The notes: generated by a model not told the origin, from the sequence alone. A DNA stretch of 39,571 bases from Sedimentisphaerales bacterium (GCA_016935635.1 JAFGQP010000075.1:1-39571), one strand, 5' to 3'; shown: positions 28,544 through 39,092, counted from the stretch's first letter. A program made the numbers and translations.

Positions 28544-31399
28544 ATGAAAACAGCCGAACAAATAGGTTCTGAACTGGCAAAACAGGTCAAAGGCGATGTC
28601 CTGATTGATATCTACAATCGCGTCGCCTTCAGCACCGATGCCAGCATATATAGTATTCGACCCGAATGCGTTGTCGCCCCCAGAGATGAGGCGGATGTGG
28701 CTGCGGTTATCCGCTACGCCTCCCAAAATGCCGTCCCGATTGCCCCTCGCGGCGCCGGCAGCGGCCTGGCGGGCGAATCGCTGACCAGCGGCATCGTCAT
28801 CGATTTTCGCCGCTATATGAATCAGGTTATCGACATTCGCAATGACGGCCAGACAGTGGTCTGTCAGCCGGGGGTAATTCTCGACCGGCTCAATCAGCAA
28901 CTGGCTAAATATAAAAAGAAAATCGGCCCCGATCCATCCAGTTCCAACCGGGCTGTCATTGGCGGAATTGTCGCCAATAATGCCACAGGAGCTCATTCGC
29001 TCCAGTATGGCTACATCGCCGGCTATGTCCGCCGTATCCGTGCGGTGCTCTATGACGGCTCTGTTGCCGAACTGACCAACGCCATGCTGCCGGAGGAAAT
29101 CGAAAATCCGACCCTGCGAACGATTGCCCGCCAGTGCATCGAACTGTTGGAAGGCCAGGAAGAGCTGATTGCCGAATCCCAGCCCAAAACTCGGCGTAAC
29201 CGCTGCGGCTTTACGATTCAAAATGTCTGTTCCAGAGGACGAATTGATTTGGCGCGGCTGATGGCTGGTTCCGAAGGCACGCTGGCGGCCTTTACCGAAA
29301 TAGAACTGGCCACTGTAGATGTCCCCGCCGTCGCAGGCCTGCTGCAGCTGGAATTTGATACGTTTGAAAAAATGGCTCGGGCCGTACCGATTATCGTACA
29401 GACCGGTGCTTCTGCCTGCGAATTAATGGACCAGCGCTTGATGACCATGGCACGCCGTGCCTTTCCGCATTATCGAAATGTCCTGCCGGAAAACTGTGTC
29501 GCGACGCTGCTGGTCGAGCATGTCGGCGACAGCATCGAACAGGTCAAAGCCAGGATACAACATACGCTCAAGGAGACGAATGCTTTATCCAATGGATGGA
29601 TGGAAGCGCTTGACGCTGAACGTCAGGCCAGTCTCTGGAAAAGCCGCAAGGATGCCGTCCCGCTGCTCAACCGCGAAAAAGGCCCCAAACACCCCATTGC
29701 GTTTATTGAAGATGTCTCCGTCGAGCCGGATAAACTGGATCAATACGTTGCCGGACTGGAAGGCCTGTGCGAAAAATATGATATTCCGATGGCCTTCTAC
29801 GGCCATGCCGGCGATGGCGAACTGCATATCCGTCCCTATCTCGATTTAAGCAGCCCGGATGATATCAAACGAATGCGTGAGATTGCCGAACAGGTCTTTG
29901 AGCTGGCCTGGTCGCTGGGCGGTTCCATCAGCGGCGAGCATGCCGACGGCCTGGTTCGCGCCCCCTATATCGAACGCCAGTACGGCAAAGACTATTACCG
30001 CCTGCTGGGTGCAATCAAGAAAATCTTCGACCCGTCCGACATCTTCAATCCCGGCAAGATTATCAATCCGGATCCGGATGCTATCGAAAAAAATCTGCGG
30101 GGAATGGAACTGGCGGGGGCCAAAAATTTCAAGACGGATCTGCACTTCGGGCCAAATCAATATCGCTATGAAATCGATCAATGCAACGGCTGCGGGGTGT
30201 GCCTGGCCGCGGGAGCAGGGCGGATGTGTCCGGTCTTTCGGGCGATGGATGAAGAACTGGCCAGTACCCGTGCCAAGGCCAACCTGCTGCGGAATTATAT
30301 TGGCGGCTTGCTGGACCAGCAGCACGATTTCCAAATCAGCCAGTTCCGTGAAATCCTCGGCCTGTGTGTCAACTGCAAAATGTGTTCAGTGGATTGTCCG
30401 GCCGGTGTCGACATGTCCGGCCTGATTATCGAGGCTCGTGCCCAGTTGGCCCGGCGCGCCGGTTTTTCCGTTACCGAGCTGGCCCTGTCCAATAACCGCT
30501 GGATGAGCATCCTGGCCAGCACTTTTGCACCGCTGAGCAACTGGATTATGAATTGGCCCGTCACGCGTCTGCTTCTGGAAAAAACGCTCGGCTTTGACCG
30601 CAGCCGGCATTTGCCGGCCTTCCAGCGCGGCAGCTTCATCAGCAAAGCCCGTCGATTCTTGCAGCAGGCCGGTCCCGTCTCCAATCCTGCCGACAATGTT
30701 GTTTATTTCATCGATTCCTATGCCCGTTACAACGACCATTCGCTGGGCCTTGCCGTGCTGCAGCTTTTACGGCATTGTCATATCCATATTGAGATCCCCG
30801 ACCAACGTCCCGCACCCTTGCCGGCCTATGTCTACGGTAACCTCAAACAGGCCCGCCGGGACATGGACTATAACCTGAAAATGCTGATGCCGTATGTGGA
30901 CAAAGGCTGCAAAATTATCTGTTCCGAACCCAGCGCCGCGATGTTTCTCAAAGAAGAACTGCCGCTGCTGATGGATACCGAACAAGCCCGAAAAATAGGC
31001 GCTGCAACCGTGGAACTGATGGATTATCTTGCGATGCACCATGCCGCCAAACCCTGTCTTAAGGCCGGCAATGCAGAAAACAGGAAATTCTATTACCATG
31101 CGCCATGCCATCTCAAATCCATGAATGGTGCCAAAACCACCATTCAGTTATTCACTGGGCTGGGAGTCCCGGTGACAGACCTTAATGGCGGCTGCTGCGG
31201 TCTTGCGGGGACGGCGGGCATGCAGGCCAAAAATCACACCCTCTGTGATGATATCGGCGGATTTCTCAAAGATACGATTGACCGTGCCGACCCGGATGTT
31301 ATACTGACAGAATGTGCCGCCTGTAAAATGCAGATTGAGCATTTGACCGGCCGCCGCGTCGTCCATCCAGTCAAACTCCTTGCTCAGTGGCTTCAATAA
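28544..31399 (+). CDS. FAD-linked oxidoreductase with 4Fe-4S and CCG domains (YdiJ/GlcD-GlpC fusion type, 2-hydroxyacid dehydrogenase-like)
   Basis: PRGAGSGLAG, GSEGTL, GHAGDGELH, SGEHADG; CNGCGVC and CVNCKMCSVDCP; CCG; ECAAC. Confidence 0.9.
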   Translation: MKTAEQIGSELAKQVKGDVLIDIYNRVAFSTDASIYSIRPECVVAPRDEADVAAVIRYASQNAVPIAPRGAGSGLAGESLTSGIVIDFRRYMNQVIDIRNDGQTVVCQPGVILDRLNQQLAKYKKKIGPDPSSSNRAVIGGIVANNATGAHSLQYGYIAGYVRRIRAVLYDGSVAELTNAMLPEEIENPTLRTIARQCIELLEGQEELIAESQPKTRRNRCGFTIQNVCSRGRIDLARLMAGSEGTLAAFTEIELATVDVPAVAGLLQLEFDTFEKMARAVPIIVQTGASACELMDQRLMTMARRAFPHYRNVLPENCVATLLVEHVGDSIEQVKARIQHTLKETNALSNGWMEALDAERQASLWKSRKDAVPLLNREKGPKHPIAFIEDVSVEPDKLDQYVAGLEGLCEKYDIPMAFYGHAGDGELHIRPYLDLSSPDDIKRMREIAEQVFELAWSLGGSISGEHADGLVRAPYIERQYGKDYYRLLGAIKKIFDPSDIFNPGKIINPDPDAIEKNLRGMELAGAKNFKTDLHFGPNQYRYEIDQCNGCGVCLAAGAGRMCPVFRAMDEELASTRAKANLLRNYIGGLLDQQHDFQISQFREILGLCVNCKMCSVDCPAGVDMSGLIIEARAQLARRAGFSVTELALSNNRWMSILASTFAPLSNWIMNWPVTRLLLEKTLGFDRSRHLPAFQRGSFISKARRFLQQAGPVSNPADNVVYFIDSYARYNDHSLGLAVLQLLRHCHIHIEIPDQRPAPLPAYVYGNLKQARRDMDYNLKMLMPYVDKGCKIICSEPSAAMFLKEELPLLMDTEQARKIGAATVELMDYLAMHHAAKPCLKAGNAENRKFYYHAPCHLKSMNGAKTTIQLFTGLGVPVTDLNGGCCGLAGTAGMQAKNHTLCDDIGGFLKDTIDRADPDVILTECAACKMQIEHLTGRRVVHPVKLLAQWLQ

Positions 31400-31422
31400 T
31401 ATAAATCGCAGGAGGTGAGCCT

Positions 31423-32436
31423 ATGAAAGAGGCTGTGTTATGGGAAAAACAAGAAGGGCAGAAGGTTTTGTGCAAGCTGTGCCGATGGAATTGTGTCATT
31501 GCCCCCGGCGCACTGGGCCGCTGCCGTGTCCGCAAAAATATCGACGGCATTCTCTATTCGCTCAATTATGATAAAATCTGTGCGGCGTCTGACGACCCCA
31601 TCGAAAAAAAACCATTGTTTCATTTCTTCCCTGGCTCAAAGGCTTTTTCCATCGCGGCCCCCGGCTGCAATTTTCAGTGCGTCTTCTGTCAGAACTGGCA
31701 AATCAGCCAGGTCTCAAACAAGAATCAGATTGACGGCAGCAATTACAGTACTGAACAAATCATCAACGCCGCCATCGACACCGGCTGCAAAAGCATAGCC
31801 TATACCTACACCGAGCCGACGGTATTCATGGAACGCTGCACCGAGACGGCGCTCCTGGCCAAACAGCACGGTTTACACAATGTTTTCGTCAGCAACGGCT
31901 ATATGACAATCGAGGCCATCGAGTGGATGCGTCCCTGGCTGGATGGCATCAATGTGGATCTGAAAGCATTTAATGAACCCTTCTATCGCAACTTATGCAA
32001 AGCCCACCTGGAACCCGTCCTTGATACTATCCGGTACATCGCCCGGAAAACCGATATCTGGATGGAAATTACAACCCTTTTGATCCCCGGCCAGAACGAA
32101 GACCCCGGCGAACTGACCGCGCTGGCTGAATTCCTGGTAAAAGAATGCGGTCCCGATATCCCCTGGCATATCAGCCGTTTTTATCCCCAGTATAAAATGA
32201 CCGACCTCCCGCAGACTGATACCCAGGTCCTCCAAAAGGCCTATGATATTGGAAAGCAGGCAGGACTTCGCTACATTTATGTCGGCAATCTCCCCGGCAA
32301 TCGCGCCGAGTCCACTTTCTGCTATTCCTGCGGAAAACTTTTGATTGAACGGACGGGGTATCATATAATGCAGAACCATATAAAAGATTCAACGTGTCCG
32401 CAATGCGGGGTGGTAATTGCCGGAGTCGGGCTCTGA
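31423..32436 (+). CDS. amrS: AmmeMemoRadiSam system radical SAM enzyme
   Basis: CKLC..C..G.CRVR, DPIEKKPLFHF, GCNFQCVFCQNWQISQ, IAYTYTEP, PWHISRFYP, C-terminal CxxC pairs. Confidence 0.93.
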   Translation: MKEAVLWEKQEGQKVLCKLCRWNCVIAPGALGRCRVRKNIDGILYSLNYDKICAASDDPIEKKPLFHFFPGSKAFSIAAPGCNFQCVFCQNWQISQVSNKNQIDGSNYSTEQIINAAIDTGCKSIAYTYTEPTVFMERCTETALLAKQHGLHNVFVSNGYMTIEAIEWMRPWLDGINVDLKAFNEPFYRNLCKAHLEPVLDTIRYIARKTDIWMEITTLLIPGQNEDPGELTALAEFLVKECGPDIPWHISRFYPQYKMTDLPQTDTQVLQKAYDIGKQAGLRYIYVGNLPGNRAESTFCYSCGKLLIERTGYHIMQNHIKDSTCPQCGVVIAGVGL

Positions 32437-32476
32437 CATAAACCATGATCTGCTAAAACAAGAGAAAGACTGGAGC

Positions 32477-33346
32477 ATGAAGAAGGATAAATTAATCGTT
32501 AAGCAGCAGCCTGTCATCAGCAATGCTTCCATGGTGATTGGGCTTTCCGGCTGGATGGACGGGGGGGACGTCTCCACGGGAACGGTGGAATATCTCCGCC
32601 AGACCTTCAGTGGCCAGGAAATCGGACGCATCGATCCCAACGGATTCTATATTTATAACATGCCCGGCCCGATGGAAACTGTATCGCTGTTTCGTCCCCA
32701 TGTCCGGATTCAGGAAGGCCTGATCGAGACCTGGGATCTGCCCGAAGCCATTTTCTTTGAAGCATCTCAGTCGAATCTGCTTTTGTTTGCCGGACGGGAA
32801 CCGAATCTGTCATGGCGAGAATTTGCCGACACCATCTTTGAGATGTGCTCCCTGTGCGATGTAAGACGGATTTTATTTGTTGGCAGTGTTGCCGGCGTGG
32901 TTCCTCATACCCGGGAACCGCGTATCAGCTGTTCGGTATCCAACAGGGCTCTCAAGCAATGGCTTTCTCAGCTGGGTATCCGCTTCAGCAACTACAACGG
33001 CCCCGGCAGCTTCGCTAATTGCATCATGAACACCGCAATCCAGCGCAATATCGAGATGATATCCCTGATCGCCGAAATCCCGGCCTATCTCCAGGGGTAC
33101 AATCCCATTGTGGTTGAGATGGTGCTTCGTTATGTCTCAAAATTCCTGGAACTGCATATTCCCTGTGAAGAATTAAGGGTACTTGGCGAGGAATTCGAAA
33201 AGCGAGTCTCGGATTTGGTCAAACAAGAACCGGAATTATCTAAAAGGGTGACCCAGCTGGAAGAACTTTATGATCGTGAAATTTTCGATACAGAAATGGT
33301 AGATTTGAAAAATTGGCTGGAACAAAGAGGTCTCCGGCTTGACTAA
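32477..33346 (+). CDS. PAC2 (proteasome assembly chaperone 2)-family protein
   Basis: GWMDGG, RP, GREPNLSW, VPHTR, PAY, V.QLEE.YD motifs typical of bacterial PAC2 proteins; ATG 32477. Confidence 0.85.
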   Translation: MKKDKLIVKQQPVISNASMVIGLSGWMDGGDVSTGTVEYLRQTFSGQEIGRIDPNGFYIYNMPGPMETVSLFRPHVRIQEGLIETWDLPEAIFFEASQSNLLLFAGREPNLSWREFADTIFEMCSLCDVRRILFVGSVAGVVPHTREPRISCSVSNRALKQWLSQLGIRFSNYNGPGSFANCIMNTAIQRNIEMISLIAEIPAYLQGYNPIVVEMVLRYVSKFLELHIPCEELRVLGEEFEKRVSDLVKQEPELSKRVTQLEELYDREIFDTEMVDLKNWLEQRGLRLD

Positions 33347-33569
33347 ATAGAGTGTGTTGTCAATATAGAGAAAATGAAATTCTCTTTTCAGGAGGGTAGT
33401 GTATTGCTTTTTCTTTACTCTTATGCAAATATAGTATAGGTGTTTGTACGGATATTCTGGTGGTTACATGTTTGGATGCGGTGAAAAATCATTGAAAACG
33501 AGATTGACGGACAGTGAACAGGCAATCGCTTTATAATAATTTTGTCAACGAGGGATAAAAGGGCTTTCT

Positions 33570-34169
33570 GTGCACGCAAAGTCGGACAATATCAGCATTG
33601 ATGACGCCATTCTTGTAAAACAATGCCAGCGGGGAGATTCCGACTCCATGGGGCGTCTGATTATCAAATATCAGGATCGTCTCTATAATGCAATTCTGAA
33701 AATCTGCGGAAATCCCGATGATGCTGCGGAACTTACCCAGGAGTCATTTGTCAAAGTATTAGAGAACATTGGAACCTTCCGCTCCCAAAGCAGCTTTTAT
33801 ACGTGGCTGTTCCGGGTGGGAATCAATTTGACTTTGACATTTTGCAGCCGGCGATTGCGATTGGGGATGCATTCACTCGACAGTTCCCCCGGCGGCAAAG
33901 AGGGTCTTAAATTGGTGGATGTTCTGGCAGATACAAAACAAGAAACTCCCTTAGCGGATATGGAAAAGCGTGAAACAATCCAGAGAATCCTTGCAGCGCT
34001 CGAAAAACTTGAAGACCACCAGCGGGTCATCGTGGTGTTGCGGGATATCGAAGGAATGAGTTATGAGCAGATTTCAGATGTATTACAGCTTGAAGCAGGA
34101 ACGGTAAAAAGCCGATTAAGCCGGGCGAGAATGGCGTTACGGGAACTCCTGCAGGCGGTATGGATATGA
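33570..34169 (+). CDS. ECF RNA polymerase sigma factor
   Basis: DAAELTQESF, SFYTWLFRV (region 2); LRDIEGMSYEQIS, GTVKSRLSRAR (region 4); GTG start. Confidence 0.93.
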   Translation: MHAKSDNISIDDAILVKQCQRGDSDSMGRLIIKYQDRLYNAILKICGNPDDAAELTQESFVKVLENIGTFRSQSSFYTWLFRVGINLTLTFCSRRLRLGMHSLDSSPGGKEGLKLVDVLADTKQETPLADMEKRETIQRILAALEKLEDHQRVIVVLRDIEGMSYEQISDVLQLEAGTVKSRLSRARMALRELLQAVWI

Positions 34170-35128
34170 GTGACAAAGAAAATCTGGAAAAACACGAGCT
34201 TCTCAGCGGATACATTGATGAGCAGTTGTCCCCGCGTCAGGCAACTGAGCTCAAACGCCTCTTGACAAATAATCCGCAAATCGAAGCAGAACTCAAGGCC
34301 CTTGAACAGCAGCGTAATCTGCTGCGTGCGCTGCCGAAGGAATCTGCCCCGCAGGGACTGGCGGATGACATCAAGACGGCTCTCGAACGACGGTTTATTC
34401 TGGATCACAATTACCGCCATCATGATTCAGCCGGAAGATGGGGGCTTGTGTTTCGCAGGCTAGCGGCAACTGCTGCGATGGTTCTTATCCCGATGGGCAT
34501 TCTGGGTATTGTAGTCTATTCCATCGTTCGTCAGCCGCAGACTGCCCGGGACTCCATGCCTGTGGTGTCCCCCAATCCGCCTGTTGCGGCCAATGACCCC
34601 AAACCGGTTCCTTTGCCCGATGAAGGGGCTGCATTGTACAATGCCTTATTGCAGTTTCAGACGCGTCATCCCGTTCAATCCCGGGATTTCATCGAAAAGA
34701 AAATCCACACACTGGGGCTGATGGATATGACCCAAATCCGGCCGCTATCCGACCGGACCAGTTATAAAATTACAGCCTCGCGTCAATACATCGTCGGTTT
34801 AATCAAAGATCTGCAGGAACTCTGGCCGCAGGCGGAAAAAGCCACCTATGCGTTGCTGCCCGGACAAGGCAGAGAAGCGGTTCTGGTCGAGGGGATTGAC
34901 CTTAAACAGACCGTCGACATGCTGAATCTGACCGATATTGATAAAGCGGCACAGTTAGCCAAAACCTTCAGTGAACAGAATAGTCAGCAAAGTCTCCCGG
35001 CCAATCCCGACGGCTCTCCGTTGGATAATCCATCGCAGCCCATCCTGGCCTGGGATGTCCCGCCGACCGAAATCGAACAGGATACCGCAGATACGATTTG
35101 TCTTGTCATCGAGGTGCTGGGCCTGTAA
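34160..35128 (+). CDS. membrane-anchored anti-sigma factor
   Basis: Overlaps the sigma stop codon; ELLSGYIDEQL anti-sigma motif, single TM helix, periplasmic tail; start may be 34166. Confidence 0.8.
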   Translation: MDMSDKENLEKHELLSGYIDEQLSPRQATELKRLLTNNPQIEAELKALEQQRNLLRALPKESAPQGLADDIKTALERRFILDHNYRHHDSAGRWGLVFRRLAATAAMVLIPMGILGIVVYSIVRQPQTARDSMPVVSPNPPVAANDPKPVPLPDEGAALYNALLQFQTRHPVQSRDFIEKKIHTLGLMDMTQIRPLSDRTSYKITASRQYIVGLIKDLQELWPQAEKATYALLPGQGREAVLVEGIDLKQTVDMLNLTDIDKAAQLAKTFSEQNSQQSLPANPDGSPLDNPSQPILAWDVPPTEIEQDTADTICLVIEVLGL

Positions 35129-35175
35129 AATCACTGTCGATAAAGGATTGAATAGGCTGTTTCGATAGGTGATTA

Positions 35176-35715
35176 ATGCTCGATTCTAAAACATGCTGTC
35201 TGGTGCTGATTGACGTTCAGGAAAAGCTGCTGCGGGTCATGCACAATTCTGAAACGACCGTTAAAAATTGCAGCATCTTAATTCAAATTGCCAATGCCCT
35301 CGATATTCCGATATTATGGTGTCAGCAATATCCCGCTGCACTGGGCCCGACAAACCCCCGGCTTATCGAGAATCTGACCCGGAGTATCCCCATCGACAAA
35401 CGCTCATTCAGTTGCTGCGGCAGTGCGGAATTTACGGAAAAATTAACTTCATTGCCTGTGGACACTGCGGTTCTGTGCGGCATCGAAACCCATGTCTGTG
35501 TCTTCCAGACCGCCATGGATTTACTCCAGCGGGGATTAAAAGTCCAGGTCATTGCCGACGCCGTTGATTCCCGCTCCGAACAGAATAAGCAAATCGCCCT
35601 CAATCGACTGACCGCCAATGGCGTTATTATCAGCTCCGCCGAGATGCTGCTGTTTGAGTTGCTCCGCACCTCGGAACACCCCCAATTCAAAGCATTATCC
35701 GCCCTGATTCGATAA
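35176..35715 (+). CDS. isochorismatase-family cysteine hydrolase
   Basis: LIDVQEK, QYP..LG, KRSFSC, GIETHVCVFQT, DAVDSR. Confidence 0.92.
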   Translation: MLDSKTCCLVLIDVQEKLLRVMHNSETTVKNCSILIQIANALDIPILWCQQYPAALGPTNPRLIENLTRSIPIDKRSFSCCGSAEFTEKLTSLPVDTAVLCGIETHVCVFQTAMDLLQRGLKVQVIADAVDSRSEQNKQIALNRLTANGVIISSAEMLLFELLRTSEHPQFKALSALIR

Positions 35716-35793
35716 TTTCCAGCCAGGCGGCTTTGTGTTGTTTATCGGGTCAAAATCAGGGTCTTTTTGGTATAAAATCTCACAATTCTGAGG

Positions 35794-35822
35794 TTGACAT
35801 CACCTTCGGGATGGCATAATAT
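35794..35822 (+). promoter_or_regulatory. sigma70-type promoter for kdsB-pyrG
   Basis: TTGACA-17 nt-TAATAT. Confidence 0.55.
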
Positions 35823-35879
35823 ATTCGGGCAGTGGTTTTTGGATATAGATGTGTAAAAAACACTGCAAAGGGACTAAGT

Positions 35880-36623
35880 GTGAAAATTGTGGTAGTGATC
35901 CCCGCCCGCTACGGCTCCAGCCGTTTCGAGGCCAAGGTTCTGGCCAACAAAACAGGAAAATATCTCGTTCAGCATAGCTATGAACGCGCATTGCTGGCCA
36001 AAGGTGTTACCGGTGTGATTATCGCAACCGATGACGACCGGGTCCTGCAGGCCTGCAAGTCCTTCGGGGCGCCGTGTGTGATGACGTCGGCGGCCCACCA
36101 GAGCGGTACCGACCGCATTGCCGAGGCCGTCAAAAATACCCCCGCCGACATTGTCGTCAATCTTCAGGCCGATGAACCGGAAATCGACCCGGCCAATATC
36201 GAAAAAGTCGCCGAACTGCTGGTCCGGGACACCGGCGCCGAGATGGCGACGCTGATTGCCCCCTTTGAATCAGCCGAACAGGTGGCCAATCCCAATATTG
36301 TCAAGTGCGTAACCGATATGCGCGGCAGGGCGCTTTATTTTTCCCGCAGCCCGGTGCCGTATAATCGTCAGGCCGGCGGGGTGGGCGATTCTGTGAAAGG
36401 CTATTGGCGGCATCTGGGGATTTATGCCTGCCGCAAGAGCTTTTTGATGAAATTTACGGAGCTGGCCCCCAGTTTTCTGGAAACTACGGAAAAGCTCGAA
36501 CAGCTCCGGGCACTGGAAAACGGCTTCACCATCCTGACGGCCAAAGTCGACCGCGTCTGGGATGGCGTCGATACACCCGAACAATATGAAGAATTTGTGA
36601 AACGATATCTCAATCAGAAATAA
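35880..36623 (+). CDS. kdsB: 3-deoxy-manno-octulosonate cytidylyltransferase
   Basis: IPARYGSSRF, SGTDR, NLQADEP, ALYFSR, EKLEQLRALENG, GVDT; GTG start at 35880. Confidence 0.95.
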   Translation: MKIVVVIPARYGSSRFEAKVLANKTGKYLVQHSYERALLAKGVTGVIIATDDDRVLQACKSFGAPCVMTSAAHQSGTDRIAEAVKNTPADIVVNLQADEPEIDPANIEKVAELLVRDTGAEMATLIAPFESAEQVANPNIVKCVTDMRGRALYFSRSPVPYNRQAGGVGDSVKGYWRHLGIYACRKSFLMKFTELAPSFLETTEKLEQLRALENGFTILTAKVDRVWDGVDTPEQYEEFVKRYLNQK

Positions 36624-36638
36624 TCAATTGGTATAAAT

Positions 36639-38423
36639 ATGTCAGAAACAAAAGAATTACTTGCAAAAGTCAGCGGTGCATCAACGGATAACGAATATTT
36701 TCTGCCCCTGCCCAAAGGGTATCAGAAGGGCAAGACGCGCTATGTCATCGTGACCGGTACGGTGATGAGCGGACTGGGCAAGGGGATTTTCTCCTCCTGC
36801 CTGGCCAAGCTCCTGCAGGATAAGGGCCTCAAGGTTGAGCCGATCAAGATGGAAGGCTATCTTAACATCGATTCGGGCACGCTCAATCCCTTCCGTCACG
36901 GCGAGGTGTTTGTTCTCGATGATGGCATGGAATGCGATATGGACCTGGGCACCTATGAACGGATGCTCGACAAAAATCTGTCGCGGGCCAATTTCACCAC
37001 CAGCGGCCAGATTTACCGGGCCGTCCTCGATAAAGAACGCCATGGCGATTATCTGGGCCGGGATGTGCAGATGATTCCCCACGTCACCGGCGAAGTCAAA
37101 ATGAAGCTGCGGACCTTGGCCATGCAAAGCAAGGCGGATGTGGTATTCGTGGAAATTGGCGGCACAGTCGGCGACCTTGAAAATGCCTTTTATATCGAAG
37201 CCATGCGTGAACTGGCCTACGAAGAAGGTCCCAACAGCTGCTGCTTTGTGGCGCTGACGTATATCCTGGAGCCCAATGCACTGGGCGAACAGAAATCCAA
37301 GGCCGCCCAGCTCGGTATCAAGCAGTTAATGCAGATGGGTATTCAGCCCGACATTATCGCCTGCCGGGCGGAAAATCCCGTCACGGTCCAGGCCCGCCAG
37401 AAAATGAGCGTATTCGGCAATATCCCGTTTGAACGTGTCTTCAGCATGCACGACTCGGCCAGCATTTATTCCATCCCGGCCATGCTGCGGGATTGCGGGC
37501 TGGATTTTGAGGTGATTCGCATGCTGCGGATTGAAGACCGCGTCAATCTCCGCAGGGAACGCCGCGAATGGGAACGCTGGTGTGATTTTACCGATAAAAT
37601 CGGCAATGAAAAACGTGACATCACCATCGCCATCACCGGCAAATATACCTCCGTCCGTGACAGCTATGCCTCCATCCTGCACGCGCTGGAGCACTCCGGC
37701 ATTCATCTGGGCTGCAAAGTGCGCATCAAATGGATAGATACTTCGGATTTAACCGACGCAACCGCTGCCGAAGCCCTCAAAGAGGTTGATGGCATTATTG
37801 TTCCCGGCGGATTTGGCACACGGGGCATGGAAGGCAAGATTGCCTGTATCCGTTATGCTCGCATGAATAACCTGCCGTACCTGGGATTATGTCTGGGTTT
37901 TCAGGCGGCGGTTATCGAATTTGCCCGCAATGTCTGCGGCCTTGAAGGAGCCAACAGCACCGAAATCGACCAGAACTGTGCCAATCCCGTAATCGATATC
38001 CTGCCCGAACAAAAGAAAATCGAAGGGCTCGGCGGCAATATGCGTCTGGGCGGCCGCGATGTGGAATTGAAAAAAGACACCCTCGCCTGGAAAATGTTCG
38101 GCGGCAAGGAAACCGCCCGTATGCGATTCCGTCATCGATATGAAGTGGACCCCCGTTATATCCCTGACCTTGAAAAAGGCGGATTGGTTTTCTCCGGCAA
38201 GGCCCCCAACCAGCCGATTATGCAGATTCTGGAACTGCCGGGGCACCCCTATTTCATTGGCACCCAGGCCCATCCGGAATTAACAGGACGGCCCATCAAT
38301 CCGCATCCGATGTTTGTCGGATTGGTTGCCGCCGGACGCAATTATCGCTATCCCGGTGAAAATTTCCCGGATGCAATAACGACCATCCAGGCCCTCAGAA
38401 AAGAATTGGAGCCTAACCAGTAA
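36639..38423 (+). CDS. pyrG: CTP synthase
   Basis: SGLGKG, HGEVFV, DLGTYER, EIGGTVGD, VPGGFG, GLCLG (catalytic Cys), RHRYEV, QAHPE. Confidence 0.97.
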   Translation: MSETKELLAKVSGASTDNEYFLPLPKGYQKGKTRYVIVTGTVMSGLGKGIFSSCLAKLLQDKGLKVEPIKMEGYLNIDSGTLNPFRHGEVFVLDDGMECDMDLGTYERMLDKNLSRANFTTSGQIYRAVLDKERHGDYLGRDVQMIPHVTGEVKMKLRTLAMQSKADVVFVEIGGTVGDLENAFYIEAMRELAYEEGPNSCCFVALTYILEPNALGEQKSKAAQLGIKQLMQMGIQPDIIACRAENPVTVQARQKMSVFGNIPFERVFSMHDSASIYSIPAMLRDCGLDFEVIRMLRIEDRVNLRRERREWERWCDFTDKIGNEKRDITIAITGKYTSVRDSYASILHALEHSGIHLGCKVRIKWIDTSDLTDATAAEALKEVDGIIVPGGFGTRGMEGKIACIRYARMNNLPYLGLCLGFQAAVIEFARNVCGLEGANSTEIDQNCANPVIDILPEQKKIEGLGGNMRLGGRDVELKKDTLAWKMFGGKETARMRFRHRYEVDPRYIPDLEKGGLVFSGKAPNQPIMQILELPGHPYFIGTQAHPELTGRPINPHPMFVGLVAAGRNYRYPGENFPDAITTIQALRKELEPNQ

Positions 38424-38467
38424 GTGTCCGGCCGCCTGAAAACGATCTGTTCAAAGCGTGTTTAGGA

Positions 38468-38803
38468 TTATTGGGGTGCAGGGGCCGAATTAATGGCTGG
38501 GGCGTCTGTACCTTCATACTTGGCCAGTTTGGCCTGACAGTCGGACAGAAGCTGTAAAATTTTAATACTGGACTGGCCACTGTCATCCTGGAATTTGGCA
38601 TATTCAGCCTTGAGCTGTTCAATCTCTTTCTCTAGCTCGGCTATCTTGGCATCCTTGTGCTGGATTTCCTTTTTAAGTTTCAGATTTTCGTTGCCGACCA
38701 GTTGTGCTCGCCGAACCATCTGGTCGGAACTTGGCTGGCAGGAACAGGCCAGGGTGATCAGTCCCAGGGCCGACAGCGCGACAGTCACGATTTGTCTTGT
38801 CAT
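38468..38803 (-). CDS. small coiled-coil lipoprotein, function unknown
   Basis: ATG 38803 after GGAG; signal peptide ending LACSC; heptad-rich ENLKLKKEI...LEKEIEQL. Confidence 0.7.
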   Translation of the reverse strand: MTRQIVTVALSALGLITLACSCQPSSDQMVRRAQLVGNENLKLKKEIQHKDAKIAELEKEIEQLKAEYAKFQDDSGQSSIKILQLLSDCQAKLAKYEGTDAPAINSAPAPQ

Positions 38804-39092
38804 AGGGGCTCCATTGTTAAAGAGATTTTCGACATCGTTCATACAGATATTATTCTATGATCTTTCGCTCGATTTTTCAAGAGGGAATCTTGTCTTGAAA
38901 AAAAGACGTATATTATGTCGGTTTTTTATTGCCAAAACGTCAATTATGCCGAAATATAAACTACAGGTATGACGTTGATGCAAGCAGCGCAGCAGAATCA
39001 AACGATAATCCAAAATAAAGCCGCAATCGGCAGGTACAGTCGAACTGTTGTGTCGGCACCGGCGGCATCTATATAGTTGTATGTTATTGAAA

